49,905 bases of DNA from an uncultured bacterium (GTDB lineage Bacteria; Cyanobacteriota; Cyanobacteriia; Cyanobacteriales; JAABRE01), in assembly GCA_964413275.1 (NCBI GenBank), contig CAYPSO010000011.1, forward strand, positions 10,390-60,294. Reading direction: 5' to 3'. A program made the position numbers and the translations under genes. The notes beneath the pieces are model-generated. The model saw nothing but the letters and a program-made list of their open reading frames with translations. It searched no databases and was not told the origin of the DNA. Below, one piece after another: positions 9,186 to 20,095 of this stretch. The stretch's first letter is position 1, and the number at the start of each line of letters is the position of its first letter.

Positions 9186-10361
9186 ATGTTACAAACTACT
9201 GCAATAAATCCAATAGATTGGACAAAAAAAAATCTATTTAATACTTGGTATAACAGCATACTTACTGTATTAAGTTTATTATTTATTTATTGGATCGGTT
9301 CTGGATTAGTTAATTGGATTTTTAATATAGCAGATTGGATAGTCTTAAAAGAAAATCTCCGCTTATTTTTTGTGGGAACTTATCCAATTCAACTTTTGTG
9401 GCGAGTTTGGTTAAGTCTAATCATAGTAACTTTTTTAGGAGGTTTATCTTGGGGAATATTAAGTATAAATAAAACTTTATTTAATCGACAGACTTTAATG
9501 ATTCTTGGCATTATATCCTTTACTGGTATAATAATTATGATGCCATTGGGATTACAAGCAGGACTTTATTTATTAGGTTTAATTCTCCTCATCGTAACAG
9601 TAGCATTTTTAACAAAAAATTATTTAACTCAACTTTACTCTTTCAATAAATGGTTGCCATTAATTTGGTTGATTACCTTTTTTATCGTAACATCTTTAGT
9701 CAAAGGTGGATTATTACTTAAAGAAGTTAGAATAGAGCAATTTAGTGGTTTACTTTTAACTCTTTTTGCAGCCATAATTAGTATTGTTTTATGTTTTCCT
9801 TTTGGAGTATTACTAGCATTAGGTCGTCAAAGCAAACTACCAGTAATTCGCTGGTTATCCATTGGCTATATTGAAATAATTCGCGCCCTTCCTTTGCTTG
9901 GTATTTTATTTATGGCACAAATAATGTTACCTCTAATTTTACCGAGTGATGTGAGATTAGATAGAGTAATTCGGGCAATTTGTGGATTTGTTTTATTTGC
10001 CTCAGCCTATTTAGCAGAAAATATTAGAGGTGGATTGCAATCAATTCCTAAAGGTCAAACAGAAGCCGCAAAAGCCTTGGGATTAAATATGCCATTGGTG
10101 TTGATGCTAATTGTTTTACCTCAAGCAATTAAAGCCGTAATTCCGGCTATTGTAGGACAATTTATTAGCTTATTTAAAGATACATCTTTGTTATCAATTG
10201 TTGGTTTAATAGACTTATTAGGAATTTCTCAATCCATATTATCTAATCCTAAATATATTGGCAGGTATCAAGAAGTTTATCTTTTTATTGCTTTAATTTA
10301 TTGGATTTGTTGTTACGCTATGGCATTAGCTAGTAAAAATATTGAAAAAAAACCTAGCTAA
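9186..10361 (+). CDS. natH: Amino-acid ABC transporter permease (AapM type)
   Basis: AYLAENIRGGLQSIPKGQTEAAKALG, FISLFKDTSL. Confidence 0.88.
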   Translation: MLQTTAINPIDWTKKNLFNTWYNSILTVLSLLFIYWIGSGLVNWIFNIADWIVLKENLRLFFVGTYPIQLLWRVWLSLIIVTFLGGLSWGILSINKTLFNRQTLMILGIISFTGIIIMMPLGLQAGLYLLGLILLIVTVAFLTKNYLTQLYSFNKWLPLIWLITFFIVTSLVKGGLLLKEVRIEQFSGLLLTLFAAIISIVLCFPFGVLLALGRQSKLPVIRWLSIGYIEIIRALPLLGILFMAQIMLPLILPSDVRLDRVIRAICGFVLFASAYLAENIRGGLQSIPKGQTEAAKALGLNMPLVLMLIVLPQAIKAVIPAIVGQFISLFKDTSLLSIVGLIDLLGISQSILSNPKYIGRYQEVYLFIALIYWICCYAMALASKNIEKKPS

Positions 10362-10410
10362 ATTAAAAATTTAAAAAACAAAACACTAATCTTTATTAAG
10401 GAATTAAAAA

Positions 10411-11157
10411 ATGACAATCTCACTAGATTTTTCAATAATTGCTGAAAACGTAGAAAAATGGTATGACAATAATTTTCATGTTTTGCAAGGAGTAAGTTTA
10501 GAAGTAACCAAACAAGAAGTAGTAGTAATTATGGGGCCATCTGGTTCTGGAAAATCTACTTTTATTCGTACATTTAACGCCCTCGAACCTTATCAAAAAG
10601 GTAGAATTACTATAGATGGAATTACTCTTTCCCATGACTTAAAAAATATTGAAGCTATTCGTCGGGAAGTGGGTATGGTATTCCAACAATTTAATTTATT
10701 CCCCCATCTAACTGTACTTAATAATGTTAGTTTAGCTCCCATTTGGGTACGTCGTTGGACGAAAAAACAAGCAGAAGAAGTAGCTATGCAACTACTCGAA
10801 AAAGTGGGTATTCTCGAACAAGCCCATAAATATCCGGGGCAACTATCTGGAGGGCAACAACAACGAGTTGCCATTGCCCGTGCTTTAGCGATGCAGCCCA
10901 AAATAATGTTGTTTGATGAACCTACATCCGCCCTCGATCCAGAAATGGTAAGGGAAGTCTTAGATACTATGCGTAATTTAGCTGATTCAGGCATGACTAT
11001 GGTATGTGTTACCCATGAAGTGGGTTTTGCCCGTGAGGTAGCTGATAGGGTAGTATTTATGGATGAGGGAAAAATAGTAGAAATTGCGACTCCTGAAGAT
11101 TTTTTTAATAATCCTCAAGAAGAGAGAAGTCAAAAGTTTCTTTCCCAAATTTTGTAA
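10411..11157 (+). CDS. bgtA: Amino-acid ABC transporter ATP-binding protein (AapP/BgtA type)
   Basis: [35 protein letters not shown]. Confidence 0.85.
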   Translation: MTISLDFSIIAENVEKWYDNNFHVLQGVSLEVTKQEVVVIMGPSGSGKSTFIRTFNALEPYQKGRITIDGITLSHDLKNIEAIRREVGMVFQQFNLFPHLTVLNNVSLAPIWVRRWTKKQAEEVAMQLLEKVGILEQAHKYPGQLSGGQQQRVAIARALAMQPKIMLFDEPTSALDPEMVREVLDTMRNLADSGMTMVCVTHEVGFAREVADRVVFMDEGKIVEIATPEDFFNNPQEERSQKFLSQIL

Positions 11158-11173
11158 ATTCAACTTATTGAGA

Positions 11174-11461
11174 ATGTCAGATATTAAAACAAAATTAATC
11201 GAAGAAATAGCCGATGTTGATTGGTGCGAACTTATACCCCACGCTCAAAGAGATGCCATAATCATAGTAAATAAAGATTTAGATTTAATTGAAGTTGGTT
11301 TAGCAATAGCTAATGATGATGCTTTACTCGTACAAAATTGGATTAGCGAACAACTTATTCGTAAACCCTTGGTTGAGGAATTAGGAGATTGGAATAGCCA
11401 ACCCCATAAACAGTTTACTACTGTGATTATTCAACCTTTTGTATTGATAAAAGAAAAATAA
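11174..11461 (+). CDS. DUF2288 family protein
   Basis: W.EL.PHAQRDAIIIV...LDL.EVG.AIA.DD...VQ.WI....IRKP; IIQPFVL. Confidence 0.8.
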   Translation: MSDIKTKLIEEIADVDWCELIPHAQRDAIIIVNKDLDLIEVGLAIANDDALLVQNWISEQLIRKPLVEELGDWNSQPHKQFTTVIIQPFVLIKEK

Positions 11462-11570
11462 TAACCTATAACTTTTAGTAATTTTTTGCTATTATTAAAG
11501 TATTAATTAGAACTTGCGATCTGCAAAGCAGATAGCATTTTATACTATTGATTATTATTAGTTTATTTTT

Positions 11571-11888
11571 ATGGCAGTAAAAAAACAGTTTTCTAGTTTT
11601 GAAGAAATGCTAAAGAGTAGCAACACACCAATATTAGTTGATTTTTATGCTACTTGGTGTGGTCCTTGTCAAATTATGGCACAAGTTTTAGATCAAGTTA
11701 ATTTACAGATGGGGGAGAAAATACAAATTGTCAAGGTTGATAGTGACAAATATCCTGTATTATCTTCTCAATATCAAGTGCAAGCTTTACCAACTTTGAT
11801 TTTATTTAAAAACGGACAACCCATACAAAAATTTGAAGGAGTTGTACAAGCACCCCAGTTAATGCAACATTTACAATCATTGATTTAA
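11571..11888 (+). CDS. Thioredoxin (y-type/TrxQ-like)
   Basis: LVDFYATWCGPC; N-terminus MAVKKQFSSFEEML typical of cyanobacterial y-type. Confidence 0.92.
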   Translation: MAVKKQFSSFEEMLKSSNTPILVDFYATWCGPCQIMAQVLDQVNLQMGEKIQIVKVDSDKYPVLSSQYQVQALPTLILFKNGQPIQKFEGVVQAPQLMQHLQSLI

Positions 11889-12081
11889 AAAGTTTTAGGT
11901 GTAAGGGAAGTTCTATTTCTTCTTAATAAAATGAATGATAGTGGGCAATTTTAGTAATAACATCAGGACACATTAATTGAATTTTAGATTACCATTAAAA
12001 TCTAACTATTAAAATAGGATAGATAAACTTAAATCAAGCAACTATCCATCCTATAACAACTAATATTTGTAGCAAATTAAT

Positions 12082-12525
12082 TTACCATTTTTTATAAGGT
12101 AAAAACTTACCACACATAATAACTTGAACTCTGTCGCCTTTAGGATCTTCTACTTTGTCAACTTCAATAGAAAAATCGATCGCACTCATAATTCCATCAC
12201 CAAATTTTTCATGAATTACAGCCTTAACAGGCATTCCATAGACCTGCATAATCTCATAAAAACGATAAATTAAAGGATCGGTAGGAATAACAGGATCTAA
12301 TGAACCTTTTAACGGCGGAATAGTTAACTCCTCAGCCATTTCTTCAGGAAGTCCTAAAGCAGAAATAAGTTTTTTAGCTTCTGCTTGATCGGCACTAGCT
12401 TGACGATAAATCACCGCAGCAATCCAAGTTTCATCACATCCTACTGCTTTTTCTAAATCTTCAAAAGTTAAACCTTTCGCTTTTTTAGCAGCAAGAATTT
12501 TTTGAGTAATTTCTGCGATCACCAT
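12082..12525 (-). CDS. cynS: Cyanate hydratase (cyanase)
   Basis: [37 protein letters not shown]; AAGGAG RBS before ATG 12525. Confidence 0.97.
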   Translation of the reverse strand: MVIAEITQKILAAKKAKGLTFEDLEKAVGCDETWIAAVIYRQASADQAEAKKLISALGLPEEMAEELTIPPLKGSLDPVIPTDPLIYRFYEIMQVYGMPVKAVIHEKFGDGIMSAIDFSIEVDKVEDPKGDRVQVIMCGKFLPYKKW

Positions 12526-12597
12526 AATTTTATTCTCCTTTTTTTGCAATATTTTATAATAATTTTAAGGGAAATTATAGATAAAAAATTAATAAAT

Positions 12598-13026
12598 TTA
12601 TTCCTTTCTTTCCCAACGAAACTTACGTTCTGATTCAGTAATTAACAAATCGTTAATACTGGCATAACGTCGTTGCATTAATCCATTTTCCGCAAATTCC
12701 CACATTTCGTTACCGCAGGAGCGATACCACTGCTCAGAATCATCATGCCATTCATATTCAAAACGTACAGCAATGCGATTATCGGTGAAACACCAAAGTT
12801 CTTTTTTTAAGCGATAATCAAGCTCTTTTGCCCATTTACGGGATAAAAAAGCTTTAATTGCTTCCCTGCCAGAAAAAATTTCGGCTCGATTGCGCCATTC
12901 AGAATCGGGAGTATAAGCCAAAGCAACCCTTTCAGTATCTCTAGTATTCCACGCATCCTCTGCTGCTTGAACTTTCTGTTTGGCGGTTTCTAGGGTAAAT
13001 GGGGGTAAGGGTGGTTTTAATTCCAT
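12598..13026 (-). CDS. NTF2/SnoaL-like protein (DUF1348 family)
   Basis: [36 protein letters not shown]; ELDYRL.KELW; R.ASIND. Confidence 0.88.
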   Translation of the reverse strand: MELKPPLPPFTLETAKQKVQAAEDAWNTRDTERVALAYTPDSEWRNRAEIFSGREAIKAFLSRKWAKELDYRLKKELWCFTDNRIAVRFEYEWHDDSEQWYRSCGNEMWEFAENGLMQRRYASINDLLITESERKFRWERKE

Positions 13027-13028
13027 GA

Positions 13029-13916
13029 CTATTTGCGTTTAATTCTAGCTTCTTCCACCGCACGAGTTTCCCGATAGAGATGTTCTTCCATCTGCATTTT
13101 GAGCTTATGATATTCAGGATGTTCCTCAACTTGCGATCGCTTTCTAGGGCGAGGAAACGGTACTTCTAGAATTTGAGCTATTTTCGCTGCCGGCCCTTTG
13201 GTCATCATTACAATTTTGTCGGAGAGTAACAAAGCCTCGTCAATACTGTGAGTAATCATAATTACAGTTTTGCGATGTTCTTCCCAAATTCTTTCGATTT
13301 CCTCTTGTAAAAAGCCACGAGTTAAAGCATCTAACGCTCCAAAAGGTTCATCCATAAGTAAAATTTGCGGATTAATGGCTAAAGCTCTAGCAATTCCTAC
13401 TCTTTGCCTCATACCCCCCGATAATTCGTGGGGATGTTTGGTTTCTGCCCCTTCTAAACCGACTAATTGAATATGCTCTTTAATAACCCTTTTTTGTTGG
13501 GTTGCTGACATCTTCGGATAAACAGTTTCTACGGCAAAACGGATATTTTCATACACCGTCATCCAAGGCATTAAAGCATAACTTTGAAACACCATACCAC
13601 GATCTGGCCCCGGCCCTTGAATGGGTTCTTTATTCATCATTACTGAACCATTGGTGGCAAAACTTAAGCCCGCAATAATATTTAATAAAGTTGATTTTCC
13701 GCATCCAGAAGGCCCGATAATACTCACAAAAGTATTATGTTCAATGTCAAGGTTAATATTTTCTAGAGCCACAAACTCTGGTTTAGCAGAGCCAAAAATA
13801 CTACTTATTAATCCTTGTTTTGTGGAAAATACCTTAGAGACATTTCTTAAACAAAGTTGAATATTATCGTTTGTTTCTAAACAAGTTAAATACTCAGTTT
13901 GAGATGATATAGTCAT
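13029..13916 (-). CDS. cynD: Cyanate ABC transporter ATP-binding protein
   Basis: NrtD-type ATPase ([30 protein letters not shown]) in an operon with cynS. Confidence 0.85.
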   Translation of the reverse strand: MTISSQTEYLTCLETNDNIQLCLRNVSKVFSTKQGLISSIFGSAKPEFVALENINLDIEHNTFVSIIGPSGCGKSTLLNIIAGLSFATNGSVMMNKEPIQGPGPDRGMVFQSYALMPWMTVYENIRFAVETVYPKMSATQQKRVIKEHIQLVGLEGAETKHPHELSGGMRQRVGIARALAINPQILLMDEPFGALDALTRGFLQEEIERIWEEHRKTVIMITHSIDEALLLSDKIVMMTKGPAAKIAQILEVPFPRPRKRSQVEEHPEYHKLKMQMEEHLYRETRAVEEARIKRK

Positions 13917-14737
13917 GATGATTTTTTACCAAATGATACCAAATTTTCCAGATAGGCAAAGATTTGATCTAATAAAAGTCCTACCAATCCAATAATTAAA
14001 ATTGCCACAATTATATTAGGTAAATAAAGGTTATTCCATTCATTCCAAATAAAATAACCTAATCCCGTACCTAAAAGCATTTCTGCCGCCACAATTACTA
14101 GCCAAGAAATACCCATACTAATCCTTAATCCAGAAATAATATTAGGTAATGCTGCGGGAATAATTACTTTAAAAATTGTTCTTAATTTGGAAGCACCAAG
14201 GGTTTTGGATACATCTAAATAGTCAGGGTTTACATTAGCAACGCCAAAAACTGTATTGGTTAAAGTAGGCCAAATACTACTAATTAAAATGATAAAAATC
14301 CCTGTTTTTTCTGAATCTCGAAATATATACAATCCTAAAGGTAGCCACGCTAGGGGAGATACGGGTTTTAGAAGTTGAACATAGGGATTAAAGGCTTTTA
14401 AGGCTACCTTAGACATCCCTATTAAAATACCCAAAGGTACAGCAACCACCGATGCCATGATATAACCGATGGCTACCCGTCTCAAACTAATTAGTAAGTT
14501 CCAGCCAATTCCTAAGTCGTTTGGCCCATTATCAAAAAATGGATTAGTCACCCACCACCAAAACTCTTTTAACGTAAGGGAAGCGGTGGGCATTCCTTTG
14601 GAGAAAATCTTGGCATTTGCTCCTAATTCCCAGAATAATAAAAAAAGTCCCAAGGAAAGCAGAAAGATGGCAAAGGCTTTAAAGTTTTCGTTTTTGGTTA
14701 GTTGTTGAAATTTTGATTGAGGTTTGGCAAAATTCAT
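13913..14737 (-). CDS. cynB: Cyanate ABC transporter permease
   Basis: NrtB-type, PFFDNGPNDLGIGWNLLISLRRVAIGY; operon with cynS. Confidence 0.87.
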   Translation of the reverse strand: MNFAKPQSKFQQLTKNENFKAFAIFLLSLGLFLLFWELGANAKIFSKGMPTASLTLKEFWWWVTNPFFDNGPNDLGIGWNLLISLRRVAIGYIMASVVAVPLGILIGMSKVALKAFNPYVQLLKPVSPLAWLPLGLYIFRDSEKTGIFIILISSIWPTLTNTVFGVANVNPDYLDVSKTLGASKLRTIFKVIIPAALPNIISGLRISMGISWLVIVAAEMLLGTGLGYFIWNEWNNLYLPNIIVAILIIGLVGLLLDQIFAYLENLVSFGKKSS

Positions 14738-14958
14738 TTTTTATTGAAATAAAAAGTTGGTTGGGGATATGGGCTTGATTTGAATGAACCGCAGAGGGCG
14801 CAGAGAGGGTTACTGGTGTTTTTCATAGTCGATGGATGAGGGTGAGAGGGATGGTTTAATTGTTAAGGGTTTTGATTCTGATTAATAATTAATTGCGGCT
14901 CTTTGTTAGCTTTAACCAATCACTAATCAATGATTACTTAAAAAAACTGATAACTGAT

Positions 14959-16566
14959 TTAAACTCCATATTTTTTGATTTGTTCTTGGACGTATTCACC
15001 GGGTTTTTCTGGATTAAATTCGTCAAATTCCAGTTTTTCAGTGCGGTAAATTTCTTCTGGGGGAGTTTGACCGACTTCTTTACCTAATTCTCTGGCTAAA
15101 TCTGTTAAAAATATTTCTTTTCCTAATTCGTTATACTTGCCATCGGTAATAACTTCTTTGGCTTTGCCATCTCCCTGTAAATCCCAACGCACTAATTGAG
15201 ACATAATCCAATTTGCGAAACTTTGCCAAGGATAAGGATCGAAATCTATGCGATCGGGAATATCTAGTTGATTCCCTAAGCCATCTTCAAATTTACCTGT
15301 CAAAACTGCTTCTACCACTTCCACAGGTTGATTTAAAAAGGCTCTTTCTGAGATAGCTGCGGCAATTTCTGGACGATTGCCCGGTTTACTGGCATATCCT
15401 GCGGCTTCAATGATGGATTTATTTAAGGCTCTAAAGGTGTTGGGATTATCGTTAATCCAATTATCACTGGCGGCAAAAGCACAACAGGGATGTCCTGGCC
15501 ATAAATCCTTAGTTAACTTATGAATAAAACCCGCACCTTCATAAACCGCCCGTTGATTAAAAGGATCGGGCATGAGATAACCATCAATATCCCCAGCGAC
15601 TAACTGAGCAATACTATCTGGGGGAGGTACAGGGCGAATGGTAACGTCTTTATCTGGATCGATTCCTCCCGTTGCTAGATAATAGCGCAGGAGTAAGTTG
15701 TGCATGGAATAGGGGAAAGGCACACCTAAAACAAAGCCTTTAAAGTCAGCCGGGCCATTTACTTTGCCTTTATGTTTAGTGGCAATGGTGATGGCTTGTC
15801 CGTTAATATTTTCGATACTTGCAAGTTTAACGCCAAAGGAGGCAGAGCCGAGTCCCAAGGTCATGGCGATGGGCATGGGTGCTAACATATGATAAGCGTC
15901 TAATTCTCCTGCGATCGCAGAATCTCTTACTGCGCCCCAACTAGGCATTTTAACAACTTTAGCATTAAGTCCGTATTTTTTATAGAAGCCTAAAGGCTCG
16001 GACATAATAATCGGTGTGGCGCAGGTGATGGGAATAAATCCTATTTGTAAATCTGTTTTTTCTAAATTTGAAGTATCAATAGAAGCAGGGGGAGCATTTT
16101 CAGTTTCTGGTGTGGAGTTATTACAAGCATTAGCTACAGTAACTAAAGCTGCACCAACTGCAAGATTTTTTAAAAAACTTCTGCGGGTAAAACCACCATT
16201 GCGCACTGCATCACCAAAAAATTCTCCCGCATTTGCGCCAAAAGCTGCGGCGAAGGCGTTGTCTAATCCTCCAGCTATTTGAGCTAATTCTTTAATTAAT
16301 TTTTCTGTTTTAGGATTACCTTGGGATGATATTTTGAGGAATAATTCTTTACGTAATTCCGCCGAATTAACTGCTTGTGCAACTTGAAAAATTTCGGGTT
16401 TATAAATACCCATTTTTACTAAATCATCTATCATATCCACAGGGTCTTTTGGCATAGTTTCCATAAATTGCCAATGATCCTGAGTTGCATGAAAATTGCC
16501 GCACTTTATACATAGATTTTGTGCGTTTTTCCACTCATCCCGTTGAGATAAATGAAGTGTTGTCAT
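14959..16566 (-). CDS. cynA: Cyanate ABC transporter substrate-binding protein (NrtA/CmpA family)
   Basis: IGFIPITCATPII, GHPCCAF, RIDFDPYPW; internal Tat/lipoprotein signal TRRSFLK...ANAC at aa 127-148. Confidence 0.87.
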   Translation of the reverse strand: MTTLHLSQRDEWKNAQNLCIKCGNFHATQDHWQFMETMPKDPVDMIDDLVKMGIYKPEIFQVAQAVNSAELRKELFLKISSQGNPKTEKLIKELAQIAGGLDNAFAAAFGANAGEFFGDAVRNGGFTRRSFLKNLAVGAALVTVANACNNSTPETENAPPASIDTSNLEKTDLQIGFIPITCATPIIMSEPLGFYKKYGLNAKVVKMPSWGAVRDSAIAGELDAYHMLAPMPIAMTLGLGSASFGVKLASIENINGQAITIATKHKGKVNGPADFKGFVLGVPFPYSMHNLLLRYYLATGGIDPDKDVTIRPVPPPDSIAQLVAGDIDGYLMPDPFNQRAVYEGAGFIHKLTKDLWPGHPCCAFAASDNWINDNPNTFRALNKSIIEAAGYASKPGNRPEIAAAISERAFLNQPVEVVEAVLTGKFEDGLGNQLDIPDRIDFDPYPWQSFANWIMSQLVRWDLQGDGKAKEVITDGKYNELGKEIFLTDLARELGKEVGQTPPEEIYRTEKLEFDEFNPEKPGEYVQEQIKKYGV

Positions 16567-16633
16567 AATTATAAAAACCTTAATAATTAATTTTTAGTTT
16601 GGTCTATTATTAAGGTTTTCTTAAAAAATAATT

Positions 16634-16649
16634 TGTAATCAATGATACA
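16634..16649 (-). promoter_or_regulatory. NtcA-binding site upstream of the cyn operon
   Basis: TGTA-ATCAATGA-TACA matches GTA-N8-TAC, about 70 bp upstream of cynA; cynABDS is NtcA-regulated in Synechococcus. Confidence 0.75.
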
Positions 16650-16709
16650 AATTGCTTATTGGTGAGTAATTATGTAGTTACTATCTAAATATTTCAATAT
16701 TCAAATATG

Positions 16710-16928
16710 TTATTTATTCAACCATTCTTCACGACTAATACCAGCTTGATTTAATATACGTTGTAATAAACCAACACTAATTTCAGTTTTATGAGGATTA
16801 GGAATAATTAAGGTTACATTTCCTCGACGCATTTGAGGATGTTTTCCACCCGCATAAGGGCCTTCAAAACCTAATTGTTTTAATCGACTAACTAAATATT
16901 GCCAGGATACAGGAGTTAATCTAGGCAT
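16710..16928 (-). CDS. hicA: HicA-family toxin
   Basis: LKQLGF..GGKH..M.RG....IIPNPH..EIS.GLL.RIL.QAGIS.EEW. Confidence 0.9.
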   Translation of the reverse strand: MPRLTPVSWQYLVSRLKQLGFEGPYAGGKHPQMRRGNVTLIIPNPHKTEISVGLLQRILNQAGISREEWLNK

Positions 16929-16930
16929 AA

Positions 16931-17188
16931 TTATTTAACGATATTAAGAGGTGAAGCAAGTTGATTCAGGTCAATGTTTGCAATAATAGGAATATCTAAA
17001 CCTAAACTTAAGCGTAAACCTAACCAATCACTTAGAGCCTCTCGTAGTTCAGCTCTACAACCTTCTAAAGTGGAATTATTTGCCCACACTCCTTGCAATT
17101 GAGGAATTTCTCCCCAATAAGTGTGATCGTCTTCAATAATTTCATAAGTTGCTAATTTCATAGCTTCATCGATATAACTTGCTAACAT
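16931..17188 (-). CDS. hicB: HicB-family antitoxin
   Basis: YWGEIPQLQGVWA..STLE.CR.EL.EAL..W; 2 bp upstream of hicA. Confidence 0.88.
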   Translation of the reverse strand: MLASYIDEAMKLATYEIIEDDHTYWGEIPQLQGVWANNSTLEGCRAELREALSDWLGLRLSLGLDIPIIANIDLNQLASPLNIVK

Positions 17189-17379
17189 TTTTTTTTTGAT
17201 GATAAAAAATTAGTTCTTGTTTTATTATATTTGTCTTGATTACCTTGAACTTTATATGTAACTTTATCGCATAAAAATTTTTCTAAAAAATTATAGTAAA
17301 CCTAATCTTTGTTCATCTTCTTCGGCAATACTTACATTAACTGCATTATTATTAATTTGATCTGATAGCACAGATTTAT

Positions 17380-18078
17380 TTATTTTATTCCGTCCTTGAG
17401 TATAGTTAATTGTTCGACAAAATCTTGATGCTCTTTTGTGGCAACTCCTTGTTGTAAAACCTCTAAAACTTTAGCTAAATTTCCAGTTAATAAGCTATTA
17501 ACATCCAACCATAATCCAGGATAAACTTCACTCTTAATAATGCCCTGCTCATTAGGTTGCAATTTTATATATTTTCCCTGTCTTAATCTAAACCAATCAA
17601 ATTCACGCTCATATACTCGCCAGACTAAATATTCTTGGACTTGATTACGACGATAAACCCTGAGTTTATCATGTAAATCAATGGAAACTGTCGAAGCAGC
17701 AATTTCCACAATTAATTCTGGAGCGCCTTCTACATAGTCATCCTCATTAATAGTTGATTGACCACCTTTTTTAATCCTTAGTAAAGCATCAGGTTGAGGT
17801 TCATTTTCTTCATCGAGTATTACTGTACAATTATCCCCTATTTGAACACCCGGAGTTAAGGATTCGTAAATACCTAACCAAGTTATCACATAAGCATGAG
17901 GGTTGCCGTGTTGATTAATTCTTAGTGGTGAACCCATATAAACAACTCCTTCGATTAATTCTGCTTTTTTTACATGGGGCATTTTTTGATAACGGGTTTC
18001 AAATTCGAGGCGAGTTAATCTATCACCGTTTTCTAAAGGCAGAATTGTTGAATTAGGTTTGAAGGGACTTTGAGTCAT
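17380..18078 (-). CDS. Uma2-family endonuclease-like protein
   Basis: LENGDRLTR.EFE.RY, KKAELIEGVVYM, EPQPDA.LRI, PELIVEIAAS. Confidence 0.92.
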   Translation of the reverse strand: MTQSPFKPNSTILPLENGDRLTRLEFETRYQKMPHVKKAELIEGVVYMGSPLRINQHGNPHAYVITWLGIYESLTPGVQIGDNCTVILDEENEPQPDALLRIKKGGQSTINEDDYVEGAPELIVEIAASTVSIDLHDKLRVYRRNQVQEYLVWRVYEREFDWFRLRQGKYIKLQPNEQGIIKSEVYPGLWLDVNSLLTGNLAKVLEVLQQGVATKEHQDFVEQLTILKDGIK

Positions 18079-18313
18079 AATCTTCAAGCTGACATTTCAA
18101 GCTAAAAGTATTTTAATTTATATAAGGCCACTACTTTTAATAATAGCTATTTTAATTAAATCTTTAAAGGCGATCACTTCCTCGTTTTGTATAAATCTTA
18201 GATAGTGATTCTTTAAGTTATTTTAGAGTTTTTAGATCGCATAACAAATAACTATGTAACTATGTAACCCTTAGCCCCTCTAGGAATAGAAGAGGAGCTA
18301 GTGATAAAAATAG

Positions 18314-19888
18314 TTAATTTTGTTTGAATGAATCAATCCATTCTCTTAATTGTTGGGCAGCAATATCTTTACTACCTAAACCAAAGGCAATGGCAATTGC
18401 CACAGCAATACTACCTACTAATAAACCAAAAGCTAGGTTTACAATATTAGTAGCAATGCCCATTTGTTGTAAAGCCATAGCTGAGACTAGAGTAATAATT
18501 GCAATACGAGCAGTTTGACCTAAAATTCTTGCTTGACGACTACCAGAAGAAGTAATTAAGTTGAAAGCTAGGTTGGCAAAGTATAAACCTATGGCAAAAA
18601 TTAGTAAGCCGATAAAAACTTGACCAGCAATTAACAGAATTGCTCCAACCACTCTTTCTAAAGCTTGAATTTGCAGAATATCAACCGCAGTTAGAGAAGC
18701 AACTAACATAATTGCAACTAAGACAATAACTCCCGCTAATTCCGAAGGAGTCTTAGTTGCAGTTGTTTCAACTCCTTCTTCAGTTGGACGAGAAGGTGCT
18801 GAAATCCCTAACCATTGAAAAACATTATTAAAACCAATACTGGTAAGGATGTTACTCACCAACTCAGATACATATTGACCGGCAATATAGGCTAAAACAA
18901 AAATAACTGAGGCTGCAAACAGTTTTGGTAAGATAGCCAATACTTGATTGAGCATGGCAATGGCAGGCTCGGAAATTGCTTGAATTTCTAAGGCATCCAG
19001 CGCTGTAATTGAAATAGGAATCAATATTAAAACATAAACAACTGCACCAATAATTTGAGAAAGAGATTGTTTATCAGCAGTTGCAGATAGTCCAAATTTT
19101 GCCCCAATTCGATCAACTCCACTAGCAGTTAAAAGATTTGTTACTACTTTACGAATAATTTGGGCAACTACCCAACCAACTGCCCCAATAATGACGGCAG
19201 CTAAAATGTTAGGCAAAATAGCTAGAATTTCGTTCAGTAAATCTTGAACTGGTACTAAAGTTCCCTCTAATTGTAAAGTGCTGAGGACAGAAGGTAAAAA
19301 TAGTAGGAAAATAAACCAATATAGAGCGTTACCAATGGTTTCGCTTAAGGATATTTGATTTTGTTCTCCTACTTCTTGTCCTAAACGACGATCTATATTT
19401 AGTGTTGTTAAAGCACGAGTAACTACCAGTTTAACTATGGTTGCAATAACCCATGCTAAAGCTAAAAGAATTCCTGCTCCAGCTATTTGAGGGATAAAGC
19501 GGGTTACTTGATCTAGTAAAGTGTTTAAAGGCTCAGAAACAGTCTCTAATTCTAGGGCATTTAAAAATGCAACTAGAGTAAAAAGAATTATTAACCAATA
19601 AACCGCATCTGACACCCATTGTTCAATGGGCAATTCTTCATTGTTTTCTTGCCCACTAATCCATTGAGCAATTTTATTATCTATGTCAGTGCGACTTAAC
19701 AGGCTTTGAGCGATACTTTTGCCAATACTAGCAATAATCCAACCTACTATGAGGATTAAAATCGCCTTACCAAGGGTTAGCAAGGAAATACCTAATTCTC
19801 CTCCCATATTATTGAGCATTTCTTCAATAAAAGCTTGCCCTAATAATGATGACGATTTAGGTATAATTGTATAAATTGTCTGTGTCAT
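18314..19888 (-). CDS. Mechanosensitive-channel-associated TM-helix repeat protein (CmpX-like)
   Basis: Repeated hydrophobic units L..LP.I.AA..I...GW..A; ends IAIAFGLG. Confidence 0.8.
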   Translation of the reverse strand: MTQTIYTIIPKSSSLLGQAFIEEMLNNMGGELGISLLTLGKAILILIVGWIIASIGKSIAQSLLSRTDIDNKIAQWISGQENNEELPIEQWVSDAVYWLIILFTLVAFLNALELETVSEPLNTLLDQVTRFIPQIAGAGILLALAWVIATIVKLVVTRALTTLNIDRRLGQEVGEQNQISLSETIGNALYWFIFLLFLPSVLSTLQLEGTLVPVQDLLNEILAILPNILAAVIIGAVGWVVAQIIRKVVTNLLTASGVDRIGAKFGLSATADKQSLSQIIGAVVYVLILIPISITALDALEIQAISEPAIAMLNQVLAILPKLFAASVIFVLAYIAGQYVSELVSNILTSIGFNNVFQWLGISAPSRPTEEGVETTATKTPSELAGVIVLVAIMLVASLTAVDILQIQALERVVGAILLIAGQVFIGLLIFAIGLYFANLAFNLITSSGSRQARILGQTARIAIITLVSAMALQQMGIATNIVNLAFGLLVGSIAVAIAIAFGLGSKDIAAQQLREWIDSFKQN

Positions 19889-20095
19889 TTTTCACAGTTG
19901 TATTAAATGGTTTACATGAATCTAGTTTGGATTTTAGGAGTAAATAGAAAATAATGCTATTTATCTAAAGACATAATTCGATATTGTTTACTAAGATAAA
20001 GAGGCTATTACCTTGATATGGAACAAATCAAGAACAATTGTTATAATTAATTGTTATCTTTAATACAAAAAAAATTTAAAATTCTCATATAAGAG

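Noticed and set aside
10593-10994. Antisense ORFs in the track (also 3614, 13270, 13621, 14469, 16016, 18324, 21753, 23416, 25157, 26855, 29418, 30889, 34591, 38522, 39956)
   Set aside because: They lie opposite well-supported genes and have no recognisable motifs; shadow ORFs.
14787-14809. AACCGCAGAGGGCGCAGAGAGGG between cynA and cynB
   Set aside because: Looks like a short degenerate cyanobacterial dispersed repeat; single copy here with no evidence of function.
13029-16566. Nitrate (nrtABD) or bicarbonate (cmp) transporter call
   Set aside because: No NrtC/CmpC-type fused subunit and direct linkage to cynS; cyanate transporter is the better call, though nitrite transport cannot be excluded.
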